A stretch of 64,000 bases of DNA. Origin: Pseudomonadota bacterium. Lineage in GTDB: Bacteria > Pseudomonadota > Alphaproteobacteria > Paracaedibacterales > CAITNM01. The position numbers and the translations under genes were made by a program. Shown here piece after piece: positions 40,149-51,691 of this stretch (its first letter is position 1; every line of letters starts with the position of its first letter). The notes beneath the pieces are model-generated. The model saw only the letters and a list, made by a program, of their open reading frames with translations, had not been told where the DNA came from and did not search any database. The stretch lies in the NCBI GenBank assembly GCA_046309815.1, contig JBKCOJ010000015.1, positions 43-64,042 of the forward strand, given 5' to 3'.

Positions 40149-41018
40149 ATGTTTAGTATTGTTATTCCGGCTTACAATGAAGAAGATGCAATTGAGCCAA
40201 CTGTTGAATACATAAAAAAAACACTTGGAGAACTTAAGCTTAAAAAATGGGAGCTTGTCATCGTAGATGATGGTTCAGAAGATAAAACTTTTGAACGCTT
40301 AAAGAAATACGACAAAGACTCTATAAAAGTTGTGCGCCATCCGCATAATTTAGGATACGGCAGATCATTAAAAGATGGAATTGATGCAGCAACACATGAC
40401 ACTATAGTGATTATTGATTGCGACTTAACATACCCCTTTGAAAAGATTGGTGATTTACTTGATCTTTATAAGAAGGGTTTTGATATGGTAGTGGGAGCAA
40501 GAACAGGAAAGTTTTACAAAGAGTCCATACTTAAATCTCCTTTAAGAAAAATACTGAGATTTTTGGTTGAATTTACGGCAGGAAGATCAATTCCAGACAT
40601 CAACTCTGGATTTAGGGTTTTTTCAAAGCAAACAGCAAAAAAATATTTTAAACATCTTTGTGAAACATTTAGCTTCACGACTTCTATAACTCTAGCGTAC
40701 ATGATGACAGGAAAAACTGTTAAGTACACTGAGATCCCTTATCATGCGAGAGAAGGTAAAACAAAGGTAAAGCTTTTTGCTGATTCTTTGAGAACGATGC
40801 AATATATTGTTCAAGCTATTACGTATTACAACCCTCTAAAGATATTCCTATTATTTGCAATTTTTTGCTTCCTGTGTTCTATTTTAGGATTTTTGGCGTC
40901 AGCACTTCTTGGTCTCAGAAGTGGATTTTTATTAGGCATAGGTGGATTATTAACGTGCTTAGTTATTATGTGTTTTGGCTTAATAGCTGATTTGCTAAAA
41001 CAAATAATGGATAAATAA
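40149..41018 (+). CDS. GT2 glycosyltransferase (polyprenol-phosphate sugar synthase-like)
   Basis: IPAYNEE, DDGSED, DCD, DINSGFR, two C-terminal TMs. Confidence 0.9.
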   Translation: MFSIVIPAYNEEDAIEPTVEYIKKTLGELKLKKWELVIVDDGSEDKTFERLKKYDKDSIKVVRHPHNLGYGRSLKDGIDAATHDTIVIIDCDLTYPFEKIGDLLDLYKKGFDMVVGARTGKFYKESILKSPLRKILRFLVEFTAGRSIPDINSGFRVFSKQTAKKYFKHLCETFSFTTSITLAYMMTGKTVKYTEIPYHAREGKTKVKLFADSLRTMQYIVQAITYYNPLKIFLLFAIFCFLCSILGFLASALLGLRSGFLLGIGGLLTCLVIMCFGLIADLLKQIMDK

Positions 41019-42376
41019 TGAAAATAACAGTTGTTGGAGCAGGATACGTTGGTCTAGTAAGCGGAGCTTGCTTTGCTGAATTTGGCTTTGAAGTCATCTG
41101 CGTTGATAAGGATCGCCTCAAAATAGATAATCTTAATGAGGGGAAAATACCCATTTATGAACCAGGTCTTGATTCATTAGTTAATCAAGGTGTTAAAGCT
41201 AAACGATTAAAATTCACAACAGATTTAAAGTCTTCTATCGAGGGGTCTGATGTTGTCATGATTGCTGTAGGCACTCCTACAAGGCGTGGTGACGGTCATG
41301 CTGATTTAACATACGTGTATGAATCTGCAAGGGAAATCGCTCAAGCTTTAGATGGATACGCCGTCATCGTTAATAAATCCACTGTTCCTGTAGGAACATC
41401 GCGTAAAGTTGCTGAAATCATACAAAATACTAGACCAGATTTCATTGAAGGAACCTCTTTTGACGTTGCTTCAAATCCTGAGTTCTTACGAGAGGGCTCT
41501 GCGATTAATGATTTTATACGCCCTGATCGTATTGTCATTGGTACTAATAGTGAAAAGGCACAAAAGATCTTACAGAAACTTTATAGGCCTTTATATCTGA
41601 TTGAAACACCTATTGTGTTCACAACACCTCAAACAGCTGAGCTAATTAAATACGCAGCTAATGGATTTCTAGCAATGAAAATTTCTTTCATTAATCAGAT
41701 GGCTGATCTGTGCGAAAAAACTAATGCGGATGTTCAGGTATTAGCGAAGGGAATAGGCCTCGATAAGAGAATAGGTGGAAAATTCCTGCACGCCGGCCCT
41801 GGTTATGGTGGCTCTTGTTTTCCAAAAGATACACTAGCCCTCAGTCAAATTGCGGCGAGCTATAATGTAAAATGTTCGTTGATTGATGATGTTATTCAAT
41901 ATAATGATCAACGTAAACTTGATATGGCTGAAAAAATTATTCAAGCAATGAAAAGTGTAACAAATAAAAAAGTAACTATTTTAGGACTGACTTTTAAGCC
42001 AAATACGGATGATTTAAGAGAGGCACCAAGCATCGCCATCATTCCTCAAATTCTCAAGAATAATATTGCCGTATCTATTTATGATCCTCTTTACTATTTG
42101 GGTAGTGAACGCTTGCAACATGCCTTAGATTACGAACCAGAACTGAAAAAAACACAATTTGAAAAGTCTGCATATGATGCTGTTAAAGATGCTGGATGTG
42201 TTGTCATATTAACCGAGTGGAATGAATTTAGAGCGCTCGATGTTGAGAAAATTCATAAACTTATGAATACAAAAACTACCCCGCTATTTATGGATTTCAG
42301 AAATATTTATCGCCCTGAGGATATGACTGCCTTTAAATACTATGGCATTGGAAAAACATCTATAGAAACACTTTAA
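41018..42376 (+). CDS. ugd: UDP-glucose 6-dehydrogenase
   Basis: GAGYVGL, NPEFLREG, GYGGSCFPKD. Confidence 0.95.
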   Translation: MKITVVGAGYVGLVSGACFAEFGFEVICVDKDRLKIDNLNEGKIPIYEPGLDSLVNQGVKAKRLKFTTDLKSSIEGSDVVMIAVGTPTRRGDGHADLTYVYESAREIAQALDGYAVIVNKSTVPVGTSRKVAEIIQNTRPDFIEGTSFDVASNPEFLREGSAINDFIRPDRIVIGTNSEKAQKILQKLYRPLYLIETPIVFTTPQTAELIKYAANGFLAMKISFINQMADLCEKTNADVQVLAKGIGLDKRIGGKFLHAGPGYGGSCFPKDTLALSQIAASYNVKCSLIDDVIQYNDQRKLDMAEKIIQAMKSVTNKKVTILGLTFKPNTDDLREAPSIAIIPQILKNNIAVSIYDPLYYLGSERLQHALDYEPELKKTQFEKSAYDAVKDAGCVVILTEWNEFRALDVEKIHKLMNTKTTPLFMDFRNIYRPEDMTAFKYYGIGKTSIETL

Positions 42377-42383
42377 ATAGTAA

Positions 42384-43106
42384 CTATAGTTTTTCGCATG
42401 CTGTTTCTATGCGTTCTTGCAGTAAATGCATGAATTCGTCTCTTGGCAAACCTTCTGGAATTGCATCTAAAAATTGAAGCGTAATACAGCCTGGTTTTTT
42501 GAAATTTGACCGTCTGGCCCAAAACTTACCTGAATTGAGAGCTATGGGGACCACAGGTACTTTTAGCTCCTGGTATAAAACACCAATTCCTGGTTGATAT
42601 TCCCCTTTTTCTCCATGCACACCACGTCTACCTTCTGGGAAAATAAGAATTGAGAAATTCTTATTGATAGCATCTTTCCCCTGTTTTAAAAGAGACTTCA
42701 GCGATTTAATGCCACTAGATCTATCTATTACGATGCTGTTAAGTTTCAGCAGATAGTTTCGATATGCAGGGATATATAAAAGGTCTTTTTTAAGAACAAT
42801 CACAAATCTATCAACCAGAGTAGAAAAAATTAATGTTTCCCAGGCGGACTGGTGCTTACATGCCAAAATTACCGGACCATTTTTTAGAGCTTTATCTAAT
42901 TTTTCTTTTCCGATGATCTTATAATCAAGACCGACACAGCTTTTTAAAACAAATAGTACTATATGTGTCCATACCTTATAAAAAAAAGCACAAAAAGCTC
43001 TTGGCGAAACGATCATCGGCACCCACAAAGATATGAATACAAAAGTTGAAAAAATATAAAAAAATACATCAAAAATAAAAGAACGAGCTCGCCCAAAAAA
43101 ATTCAT
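42384..43106 (-). CDS. plsC: 1-acyl-sn-glycerol-3-phosphate acyltransferase
   Basis: KHQSAWET, IFPEG, VVPIALNSG. Confidence 0.88.
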   Translation of the reverse strand: MNFFGRARSFIFDVFFYIFSTFVFISLWVPMIVSPRAFCAFFYKVWTHIVLFVLKSCVGLDYKIIGKEKLDKALKNGPVILACKHQSAWETLIFSTLVDRFVIVLKKDLLYIPAYRNYLLKLNSIVIDRSSGIKSLKSLLKQGKDAINKNFSILIFPEGRRGVHGEKGEYQPGIGVLYQELKVPVVPIALNSGKFWARRSNFKKPGCITLQFLDAIPEGLPRDEFMHLLQERIETACEKL

Positions 43107-43113
43107 ATTGACC

Positions 43114-46100
43114 CTATATATTACTTAATAAAGTTATATTGCCTCCACACGCGGTGAGGTTTTGTGTGAAAGTTCTCTCATGCACAAAACGAAGCAAGTA
43201 ATTTGGACCACCAGCTTTAGGACCTGTACCTGATAATCCTTCCCCACCAAAGGGTTGCACGCCCACCACTGCACCTATCATATTACGATTCACGTAAAGA
43301 TTTCCAACCTTTGCAAGACGTTCAGCTGTCGCTATGGTTGATTCTAAGCGACTATGAATGCCCATAGTGAGCCCATATCCTGTTTTATTTAATTGAATAA
43401 AGACTTCATCGAGATCACTTTCTTTAAAGCGCACGACATGCACTATAGGACCAAATACTTCTTCTTTTAATAAATTAATATTTCGAATTTCCCACAAGGA
43501 TGGCGCAAAAAAACAATCACCTTTTGGGGCAATGCAAGCGTATATCTTTTTAGCCAAACCCTTACTTTCAAGTTCTTCTAAATAAGATACATGATTGTCC
43601 AAACTTTTTTTTGCCGGATTATCAATAAGAGGTCCAACATCTGTGCTTAACTGATTAGGTAATCCAACCTCAATTTCTTTCATCGCATCACTTAGCATAT
43701 GTAATAAATTATCTACCACTTCTTCTTGAACGCAGAGAATACGAAGAGCAGAACAACGTTGTCCAGCGCTTTGGAAAGCAGAAATAATGACATCCGTTAC
43801 TACTTGTTCATGCAAAGCGGATGAATCGACAATCATGGCATTCATTCCGCCCGTTTCTGCAATGAACGGTATAATAGGACCCTTTCGACTTGCCAGCACC
43901 TTATTGATTTGCATCGCAGTGTCCGTAGCTCCTGTAAAAACAACGCCTTTTACACGTTCATCCGTCAAGAGGTATTTAGAAACATCTAGACCCTTGCAAT
44001 GAATAAATTGAAAAACATCTTTTGGAACACCCGCTTTACAAGCTAGTTTCACTGCAAGTTGGCCTATTCTTGGTGTTTGATGAGATGGTTTAACAAGTAC
44101 TGTATTTCCAGTTACTAATGCAGCTACAGCCTGTCCTAGAAAAATAGCCAACGGAAAATTCCAAGGCGCAATACACACAAAAACACCACGCGCGTGATAT
44201 GATAAATTATTCAGCTCACCTGTCGGACCAGGTAATTGCACTGGAAATTCTAAAAGAGAACGAGCTTGCTGAGCATAATAGTAGCAAAAATCGATAGCTT
44301 CTCTAATCTCTGCTATACAATCGTTAATGGTTTTTTTAGCTTCAGCACAGAGGAGTTGCAGTAATTCATCACGATGATGATCTAGGAGGTCACCTAATTT
44401 CTCAATAATGTCCGCTCGTTTTTTAACTCCATACTTTTCCCAAGTACTTTGGGCATGATGCGCATGGCCTAATAATTTTTCCAAATCTTCACCCGATAAA
44501 ATAGAAACGTCTTCTAAAGAAAAATCACTTAATAATTTGCGCGTATGTTGTAAAAAATTGTAAGACGATACATCAGAGCCCTTAGAATTACGCCGATAGG
44601 TCCCATACATTGCTTCAGGAAGATTAATGTTTGGATGTAATTTTCCTTTGGTTTCTTGGCAGTGTGTTCGAATATTTTTTGTAAGTGCTGCGATAGGAAT
44701 TGAGGCATCATGGATTTGATGAACAAAACTGCTGTTAGCGCCATTCTCTAATAGTCTTCGTACTAAATAGGCTAATAGATCTTTGTAAACACCCACCGGA
44801 CCATAAATACGATGGCGAGCTGGGATATGTTCGTATAACGAATCACCCATTCCATGCAAACGTTGCAATTCAAAATTCACTGCAGATTTCTTTGCTGCCA
44901 TCTCCACGATAAATGATGCGGTGTAAGCGTTATGCGTAGCGAATTGTCCATAAATTAGAGAAGAAGCGCTTAAGATTTTTTCAGCGCATACTGCATAGGA
45001 AAGGTCAGTGTGAACTTTTTGTGTGAAAACTGGATAATTACTTAATCCACGTTCTTGGCACCATTTTATTTCGCTGTCCCAGTATGCCCCTTTTACAAGT
45101 CGGATATGCATATGTTCATTTGTTGCTTTTGCTAACGCTATAAGCCAATCAATAACAACATGAGCACGTTTTTGATATGCTTGCACCGCCAAACCAAAAC
45201 CGCCCCATCCTTTTAATGAAGCGTGTGTAAATACATCGTGAATAATTTCCAATGATAGTTCTAGTCTTTCTGTTTCTTCAGCATCCACAGTCAGCATAAT
45301 TTCGGCTGCTTTCGCAGCTTGGCATAATTCCAGCAAGGTCTTTCCAAGCTCTGACTTAACTTTTTCTCTTTTAAATAACTCATAACGGGGATGAAGTGCC
45401 GATAATTTAATGGAAATACTTGATTTTTCTGTAATATCGCCTGGTTGACCTTTAAGTATTTCAATGGCATTTAAATACGCAGCAAAATAACGCTGTGCAT
45501 CTTCATGGGTTTTTGCTGACTCCCCCAACATATCAAAGGAATAAAGGTTTTTTCCTTTTTTTGCACTTGCTTCCTCTATTGTTTCTGCGACAACAAATTG
45601 ATTTCCCATAATATGAATAATCTTTGCCATGATTTGGCGAATAAGGGGTTCACCAAATCTTCGAACTAAACCTGGAATATGACTTAAAAAGGAATTAGAA
45701 GATCCTAGCGATAAAAATTTACTTGTCTGCGCAAGGCTAAAATTTGCAAGCTTTTCTACCCAATTTGCTTCATCTGTATTTTTCCAAGATGCAAGATTGA
45801 GTTTATCTCTTACTAATTTGCTTTTTGTGGAGTTGTCGGGTATTCGCAGAAACGCTTCTGACATACACATCAATGCTAAACCTTCTTGGGTACTTAAGCG
45901 ATATGTTTGCAACAAATTTTCGATACGTAAGGGACTTGATTTTGCATTTCTTAATTGATGTATAATCCCTTGCGCTTTCTGGGAAGCTAAATCATGGCAA
46001 TTTGAAACTGGCTGATTTAAGAGAAATTCAACTGCGCTTTCCTCATCTAATCGATACCATCTTTCGAAATGGTTCCATAAGTGATGTAATTCGGTACTTA

Positions 46101-46119
46101 TAAACGAGGGCGCAAACAT
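43114..46119 (-). CDS. putA: bifunctional proline dehydrogenase / P5C dehydrogenase
   Basis: [39 protein letters not shown]. Confidence 0.97.
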   Translation of the reverse strand: MFAPSFISTELHHLWNHFERWYRLDEESAVEFLLNQPVSNCHDLASQKAQGIIHQLRNAKSSPLRIENLLQTYRLSTQEGLALMCMSEAFLRIPDNSTKSKLVRDKLNLASWKNTDEANWVEKLANFSLAQTSKFLSLGSSNSFLSHIPGLVRRFGEPLIRQIMAKIIHIMGNQFVVAETIEEASAKKGKNLYSFDMLGESAKTHEDAQRYFAAYLNAIEILKGQPGDITEKSSISIKLSALHPRYELFKREKVKSELGKTLLELCQAAKAAEIMLTVDAEETERLELSLEIIHDVFTHASLKGWGGFGLAVQAYQKRAHVVIDWLIALAKATNEHMHIRLVKGAYWDSEIKWCQERGLSNYPVFTQKVHTDLSYAVCAEKILSASSLIYGQFATHNAYTASFIVEMAAKKSAVNFELQRLHGMGDSLYEHIPARHRIYGPVGVYKDLLAYLVRRLLENGANSSFVHQIHDASIPIAALTKNIRTHCQETKGKLHPNINLPEAMYGTYRRNSKGSDVSSYNFLQHTRKLLSDFSLEDVSILSGEDLEKLLGHAHHAQSTWEKYGVKKRADIIEKLGDLLDHHRDELLQLLCAEAKKTINDCIAEIREAIDFCYYYAQQARSLLEFPVQLPGPTGELNNLSYHARGVFVCIAPWNFPLAIFLGQAVAALVTGNTVLVKPSHQTPRIGQLAVKLACKAGVPKDVFQFIHCKGLDVSKYLLTDERVKGVVFTGATDTAMQINKVLASRKGPIIPFIAETGGMNAMIVDSSALHEQVVTDVIISAFQSAGQRCSALRILCVQEEVVDNLLHMLSDAMKEIEVGLPNQLSTDVGPLIDNPAKKSLDNHVSYLEELESKGLAKKIYACIAPKGDCFFAPSLWEIRNINLLKEEVFGPIVHVVRFKESDLDEVFIQLNKTGYGLTMGIHSRLESTIATAERLAKVGNLYVNRNMIGAVVGVQPFGGEGLSGTGPKAGGPNYLLRFVHERTFTQNLTACGGNITLLSNI

Positions 46120-46135
46120 AATTTCTCCAGCAAAA

Positions 46136-46212
46136 TGGTCGGAACGGCGGGATTCGAACCCACGACCCCTATCCCCCCAGAATAGTGCGCTACCAGGCTG
46201 CGCTACGTTCCG
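46136..46212 (-). tRNA. tRNA-Pro (GGG)
   Basis: CGGAACG acceptor stem, anticodon loop CT-GGG-GG, TTCGAAT T-loop, encoded CCA. Confidence 0.97.
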
Positions 46213-46247
46213 AATGTGAAAATAACTGTAAAGTTATCGTTTAAGAT

Positions 46248-46682
46248 TTAACCGCGACGTATCCGTTCTATTTCTTTTTCCACTATTGTTTCAACAATTT
46301 TTTTTAAATTCTGGTCTATCCAATTTTTAATCAATGGAGTCGCTAGTTGATTTAAAAGATCATCAACAGAAAGATTCGCAGGAGCCGGAGTAGATGCTTT
46401 AATTTCACTTTGCAAGCGATTAAATGGATTTTCAAATGATTCCTGTTTCACTTCTATTTCTTTTTCTGTAAGAAGCACTGGAGAAACTTTTGAGGAGCTC
46501 ATCTGAACATCAATAGTTTGGATAGGAATCACTTCTTCTGTCAACTGAATAACTCGGGCGTTAGGAAGATCTTCTTTGTCTTCTGTTGTTTCTTTTGGAA
46601 GACTCTGTCCTTCTGCAACGTAACTGCGTATAGATGCTAAAATCTCATCCATGCTCATATCTTGTTTAGCTGTTGAAGACAT
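46248..46682 (-). CDS. popZ: polar organising protein PopZ (DUF2497)
   Basis: N-terminal SMDEILASIR; C-terminal PLIKNWIDQNL...VEKEIERI. Confidence 0.9.
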   Translation of the reverse strand: MSSTAKQDMSMDEILASIRSYVAEGQSLPKETTEDKEDLPNARVIQLTEEVIPIQTIDVQMSSSKVSPVLLTEKEIEVKQESFENPFNRLQSEIKASTPAPANLSVDDLLNQLATPLIKNWIDQNLKKIVETIVEKEIERIRRG

Positions 46683-46768
46683 ATCCTAAACCGGCTCCTT
46701 TTTTGATACTTTAGCAAAGATATCATTATTTGGAAAAGAGAGATTGCTTAGACGATTATTAACTTTAA

Positions 46769-49474
46769 TTAATCGCCTTGTGCTGGTATCTCTTCTTCAT
46801 CTTCTTCCACTTTGCTAACGGAGACAACTTTTTCATCATTATCAATTCTGAAAATGATCACGCCCTGAGTACGGCGGCCTGTAATACGCACATCAACTAT
46901 TGGGCAGCGTATCAATTGACCGCTTGTTGTTACCAGCATAATCTGATCTTTTTCTTTGACAGGAAATGCTGCTATCACACCACCATTGCGAACGCTTGTA
47001 ACAATGCTATCAAAACCAACGCCGCCACGTTTCGTTGTGCGATACTCGTAAGCAGAGCTACGTTTTCCGAAACCATTTTCTGTAACAGTTAAAATGAATT
47101 CTTCTTGAGCCTGAAGCTCTTCAAAGCGTTCATTTGTTAATGTAATCGCTGCAACTTCCTCTTCTCCTTCAATAACTTCAGGCTCGTCTGTTATTCCTTG
47201 GCGAGCGGCTTTAGCCATTTTTAAGTAAGCGTTGCGCTCTTCGATGCTTACTTTTCCGGGGTTCAGAATAGTCATACTAATTACATAGTCTTTTGGTTGT
47301 AATTTTATACCGCGAACACCATTCGAATCGCGCCCAGCAAACACACGCACGTTATCAACTACATTAAAGCGGTTACACAAACCACTCTTTGTAAATAGCA
47401 TAACGTCGTCTTTTTCGGTACATAGCTTAACAGCGATTAGCTCTTCGCCCGCATCATCTAACTTCATAGCGCGTTTACCATTGCTTGGAATGTTTGAAAA
47501 ATCCTCAAGCTTGTTACGACGCACGTTACCCGTATTCGTTGCAAACATTAAGAATACTTCTTGTGCGGTTCTTTCCGTTGTTTCAGGAAGCACCAAGACC
47601 GTAGAAATCGTCTCATTAGCCGCTAGAGGCAATAGGTTAATCATTGCCCTTCCACGCGATTGAGGTGTAGCCAAAGGAAGATCATATGCTTTCATTTGAT
47701 AGACTTTTCCTAGGGTGGAGAAGAACAATACATGACTATGAGTGTTAGCAATAATGATGTCGCATACAACGTCTTCGTCTTTAGTAGTCATTGCCGAACG
47801 GCCCTTGCCACCACGCTTTTGTGCACGATAAGTCGATAATGGCACACGCTTAATGTAACCACCTAGACTTACAGTAATAACCATATCTTCGCGTTGAATT
47901 AAATCATCCAACTCAAGCTTTGTTACCGCTTCTTCTATAGCGGTACGTCGTGGGCTTGGGAAAATTTCCTTAATGCCATTTAATTCTTCTTTTAAAATAT
48001 CCAGCACACGTTGACGCGAACCCAAGATATCAAGATATTCTTGAATGTCTTTTGCGATATCATCCAAATCTTTTAAGATTTTTTCACGCTCTAGGCCTGT
48101 TAAACGGTGTAAGCGTAAGTCTAAAATTGCATTCGCTTGCAATTCGGATAAGCGGTATTGACCATCACCGCTAAGAGCGCTTGTGTCTGTTTCAACAAGT
48201 TTAACGTAGGATTCAACCGATGCGCTATTCCAAGTGCGCGCAAGTAATTGCTCTTTTGCCTCATTGCGATCTTTTGAAGCGCGGATCAATTCAATAACCG
48301 GATCAAGATTAGCAACCGCGACAGAGAAGCCTAATAATAAATGGCTTTTTTCACGCGCTTTGCCCAACAAATACTTAGTACGGCGAATAATGACATCTTC
48401 ACGAAAATCAATAAAATGCTGCAGCATTTCAATTAAGGAAAGTTGCAATGGTCTACCGTGCACCAACGCCAACATGTTATAACCAAAGCTTATTTGTAAT
48501 TGGCTATGACGGTAGAGTTTATTCAAAATTACTTCAGTATTCACATCTTTTTTAAGCTCAATAACAACTCGAACGCCTTCACGGTTTGATTCATCACGAA
48601 GATCTGAAATTCCTTCAATTGTTTTATCGCGCACAAGCTCCGCAATTTTTTCAATCATACGAGCCTTGTTTACTTGGTAGGGAATTTCATGAATGATGAT
48701 CGCTTCACGATTTCCTGAGATGCTTTCCACCGATGTCTTGGCGCGGATGGTAATAGAACCACGGCCTGTTGTGAACGCATCAATAATTCCTTTACGACCT
48801 AGAATGCTTGCGCCAGTTGGAAAATCTGGACCCGGTATGTATTGCATTACTTCTTCTAGAGTTAAACTAGAATTATCAATTAACGCGCAGGTAGCATCGA
48901 TAACTTCACCTAAGTTATGCGTTGGGATATTTGTGGCCATACCTACCGCAATTCCGCTGGTACCGTTTACTAGAAGGTTTGGAAATTTAGCTGGCAAGAC
49001 AATAGGTTCAAGAGCCGTGTCATCATAGTTCGCACGAAAATCAATGGTGTCTTGATCGATATCATCAAGTAAGGAATGCGCGACTTTGCTTAAACGAGCT
49101 TCTGTATAACGTTCAGCCGCAGGCGGATCACCGTCCATCGAGCCGAAGTTTCCTTGCCCATCTACCAATGGTGCACGCAAACTAAACGGTTGCGCCATTC
49201 GAACCATCGCATCGTAAATCGCAAGGTTACCATGAGGGTGGTACTTTGCCATCACGTTACCAACAACGTTAGCTGACTTCTTATGAGGCTTGTTATATTC
49301 CAAGCCAATTTCTTTCATCGTATACAAAATACGACGATGTACTGGTTTTAAACCATCACGCACATCAGGAAGAGCACGAGAAACGATTACACTCATCGCA
49401 TAATCGAGGTATGACCTTTTCATTTCCTCTTCTAAAGAAACCGGTTTAATATCTGTGGTCGTTTGCGCGCTCAT
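46769..49474 (-). CDS. gyrA: DNA gyrase subunit A
   Basis: [16 protein letters not shown] catalytic Tyr, GyrA-box QKRGGKG. Confidence 0.98.
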   Translation of the reverse strand: MSAQTTTDIKPVSLEEEMKRSYLDYAMSVIVSRALPDVRDGLKPVHRRILYTMKEIGLEYNKPHKKSANVVGNVMAKYHPHGNLAIYDAMVRMAQPFSLRAPLVDGQGNFGSMDGDPPAAERYTEARLSKVAHSLLDDIDQDTIDFRANYDDTALEPIVLPAKFPNLLVNGTSGIAVGMATNIPTHNLGEVIDATCALIDNSSLTLEEVMQYIPGPDFPTGASILGRKGIIDAFTTGRGSITIRAKTSVESISGNREAIIIHEIPYQVNKARMIEKIAELVRDKTIEGISDLRDESNREGVRVVIELKKDVNTEVILNKLYRHSQLQISFGYNMLALVHGRPLQLSLIEMLQHFIDFREDVIIRRTKYLLGKAREKSHLLLGFSVAVANLDPVIELIRASKDRNEAKEQLLARTWNSASVESYVKLVETDTSALSGDGQYRLSELQANAILDLRLHRLTGLEREKILKDLDDIAKDIQEYLDILGSRQRVLDILKEELNGIKEIFPSPRRTAIEEAVTKLELDDLIQREDMVITVSLGGYIKRVPLSTYRAQKRGGKGRSAMTTKDEDVVCDIIIANTHSHVLFFSTLGKVYQMKAYDLPLATPQSRGRAMINLLPLAANETISTVLVLPETTERTAQEVFLMFATNTGNVRRNKLEDFSNIPSNGKRAMKLDDAGEELIAVKLCTEKDDVMLFTKSGLCNRFNVVDNVRVFAGRDSNGVRGIKLQPKDYVISMTILNPGKVSIEERNAYLKMAKAARQGITDEPEVIEGEEEVAAITLTNERFEELQAQEEFILTVTENGFGKRSSAYEYRTTKRGGVGFDSIVTSVRNGGVIAAFPVKEKDQIMLVTTSGQLIRCPIVDVRITGRRTQGVIIFRIDNDEKVVSVSKVEEDEEEIPAQGD

Positions 49475-49568
49475 AATTTAACAATTCAAAAAAATTAGAT
49501 AAACCTTAGCATTCTTTCACAAAATTCGCATCAAAATAGTTTAATGATGTTTTTACTGGCCGAAATAC

Positions 49569-50474
49569 TTAACTCTTTAAATAGTGCAGTCTTAAGATTT
49601 CTCGGCGCTGGTTGGCTATACTATCGAGAATTAAACCGCAGGCGAAACTTAAGAAGCCCATGACGAGCAAACCAATGCAAAGCACAGCACTTGGGATCTT
49701 ATAAACATAACCGGTGGCGAGGAATTCTTGTGTTACTTTGATGCCCAAGTAAAGACCAGAAGTTATAAGAATTGATGATATTATTGAAAATAATAGAAAA
49801 GGGCGAAAATCCTTAAATAAGTTAAACATGCGCAACCCTATTTTAAATCCATCCTTAAAAGTAGATAATTTGCTTTGGGTGCCTGCAATGCGATCAAAAA
49901 AGTCTGTTTCTATTTCTTTAACTGGAAGTTTGAGATTCAAAGCATACACGGAAAGCTCAGTTTCAATATCGAATCCGCTTGAAATAGCAGGAAAGCTTTT
50001 GACTAAACGACGAGAAAACACCCGATAACCGGAAAAGATATCCTTGAAGTTACTTTGAAATAAGATTTTTAAAGCAAAGTTAAACAGCTGATTGCCAAAC
50101 TTGTGGCCAGTACGATGAGCGGTTTCTGTTTTTTCAACACGCGCTCCAATAACCATATCGAGCTCTTCATGAACATGTGTATCTACCAGTTCACGTGCAC
50201 GAGAAAAATCATAAGTCCCATCGCCATCAACCATAAGATAGATATCGGCGTCAATATCAGAAAACATACGACGCACAACATAACCCTTACCTTGACGAGG
50301 CTCAAATTTAACGATTGCCCCTGCTCGCTTAGCTTCAGCTGTTGTATTATCGTTCGAATTATTGTCGTAAACATAAATTTCTGCATCGGGCAGCTGAGAC
50401 TTAAAATCTTTCACCACCTTATAAATAGCTTTTCCTTCATTATAACAAGGAATAAGTACTGCAATTTTACTCAT
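49569..50474 (-). CDS. GT2 glycosyltransferase (DPM1/polyprenol-P sugar synthase-like)
   Basis: IPCYNE, YDNNS, QGKG, DGD, DIFSGYR, C-terminal TMs. Confidence 0.9.
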   Translation of the reverse strand: MSKIAVLIPCYNEGKAIYKVVKDFKSQLPDAEIYVYDNNSNDNTTAEAKRAGAIVKFEPRQGKGYVVRRMFSDIDADIYLMVDGDGTYDFSRARELVDTHVHEELDMVIGARVEKTETAHRTGHKFGNQLFNFALKILFQSNFKDIFSGYRVFSRRLVKSFPAISSGFDIETELSVYALNLKLPVKEIETDFFDRIAGTQSKLSTFKDGFKIGLRMFNLFKDFRPFLLFSIISSILITSGLYLGIKVTQEFLATGYVYKIPSAVLCIGLLVMGFLSFACGLILDSIANQRREILRLHYLKS

Positions 50475-50583
50475 ATTTTACGCTCATAATCACTTAAAGG
50501 TTTTTATACAGGATTTAACGTTATAAGATAAGAGTGTTGATATTGTCATAACTCTTAATAAACACGCAACCCTAGCGAGAAAA

Positions 50584-51639
50584 ATGAAGAAATATAGTGT
50601 ATTTATTTGGACTTTTATTATTTGTACGCAGCTTTTTGCAAGCAACCTGGAAGTAAAAACTATCTTTGGCTCATTAACGCTTGAAAATGAATTGCTTAAA
50701 ATATACAACCTACAGCATATACAACGCCTAAAGAGTTTGGATCAAACTGGATCTCCAGCTTATTGGAATGGCACGCCCAAAATTAGTAGACTGGATAATG
50801 GGTTGGCAATGCTTTGGCTTGTGCAAAAATTTGGCGGAGATCTTCAAGAACAAATATCTGCTTTGACTTGTGATATTTCACAAACTGTTTTCTCACAAAC
50901 CGCTGACGTTGTTTTTGGGAAAGCAAATTATCAAGAAAGCATTCGAGAATGGTTTTTACATCAAACAACAATTCATGAAATTATTAGTGGCCATGATTGG
51001 GCTGAGAAAGATATTATTTCTACAAATCCTAAATTTAAACGCCTTTTGCCACAATCACCAGATGATATGTGTGCACGCAATATTGCGTATATATTAAATA
51101 CTTCGTTGATTTTTAAAATGATCACCGAAAACGATGTGCAATTTATCATCAGCAAGCTGCGCTTTGAAGAAGACAAATGGTGCTTTATCAACAAAAAAGC
51201 TGCTAAAAAGTTCGCAAGTCTTTCCCTGGCTTTAACAAAGGGGTTGTTGGGTTCATCTGATATGCTTGTCATTTATCATATAACCAGCAGAACTTTAAAA
51301 CGCGCAATACAACTACAACGTATTACAGAAAACGAAGTGCATTTTGGAACAGACAAACAAATCTTGGATAAACTAAACGCGTGCGATGATAGAGAAATTA
51401 CGCGCTTAATCGCAAAAGCAAAAATCCCTAAAACAGCCTATCGTGTTTTAAAGGATGGTGAAGGTACTCCTGATTTTGTCCCAAAGCCAACGTTTAGTGG
51501 TATTGATCCCTGGATATATAATAAATTTTCTAAGAAATTTAAGAGACTTTCAGAGACAGATGGGAAATTTAAAAAACAATTTTTTAAGGTCAAAGAATTC
51601 TGTGCAAAGGGATATAAAATCCAGCTGAATATAGATTGA
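50584..51639 (+). CDS. secreted HD-domain (dNTPase-like) protein with degenerate metal site
   Basis: signal peptide; QRLKSLDQ, SRLDNG, EQISALTCDISQTVFSQ and CARNIAY align to the HD family but without its His residues. Confidence 0.7.
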   Translation: MKKYSVFIWTFIICTQLFASNLEVKTIFGSLTLENELLKIYNLQHIQRLKSLDQTGSPAYWNGTPKISRLDNGLAMLWLVQKFGGDLQEQISALTCDISQTVFSQTADVVFGKANYQESIREWFLHQTTIHEIISGHDWAEKDIISTNPKFKRLLPQSPDDMCARNIAYILNTSLIFKMITENDVQFIISKLRFEEDKWCFINKKAAKKFASLSLALTKGLLGSSDMLVIYHITSRTLKRAIQLQRITENEVHFGTDKQILDKLNACDDREITRLIAKAKIPKTAYRVLKDGEGTPDFVPKPTFSGIDPWIYNKFSKKFKRLSETDGKFKKQFFKVKEFCAKGYKIQLNID

Positions 51640-51691
51640 CTTTTTTGTCAGCTTCGTTAGCCTTAGAGAAACTTTCTTATACCTTACCAAT

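Noticed and set aside
46136-46212. tRNA-Pro as the integration site of an island
   Set aside because: No duplicated tRNA 3' end or integrase noticed in the window.
47090-47270. Acidic insertion in the GyrA C-terminal domain as an intein or novel domain
   Set aside because: This insertion is typical of alphaproteobacterial GyrA, and there are no intein motifs.
46778-50708. Longer antisense ORFs (46778-47092, 48693-49028, 50103-50489, 50490-50708)
   Set aside because: They overlap well-supported genes on the opposite strand and show no coding hallmarks.
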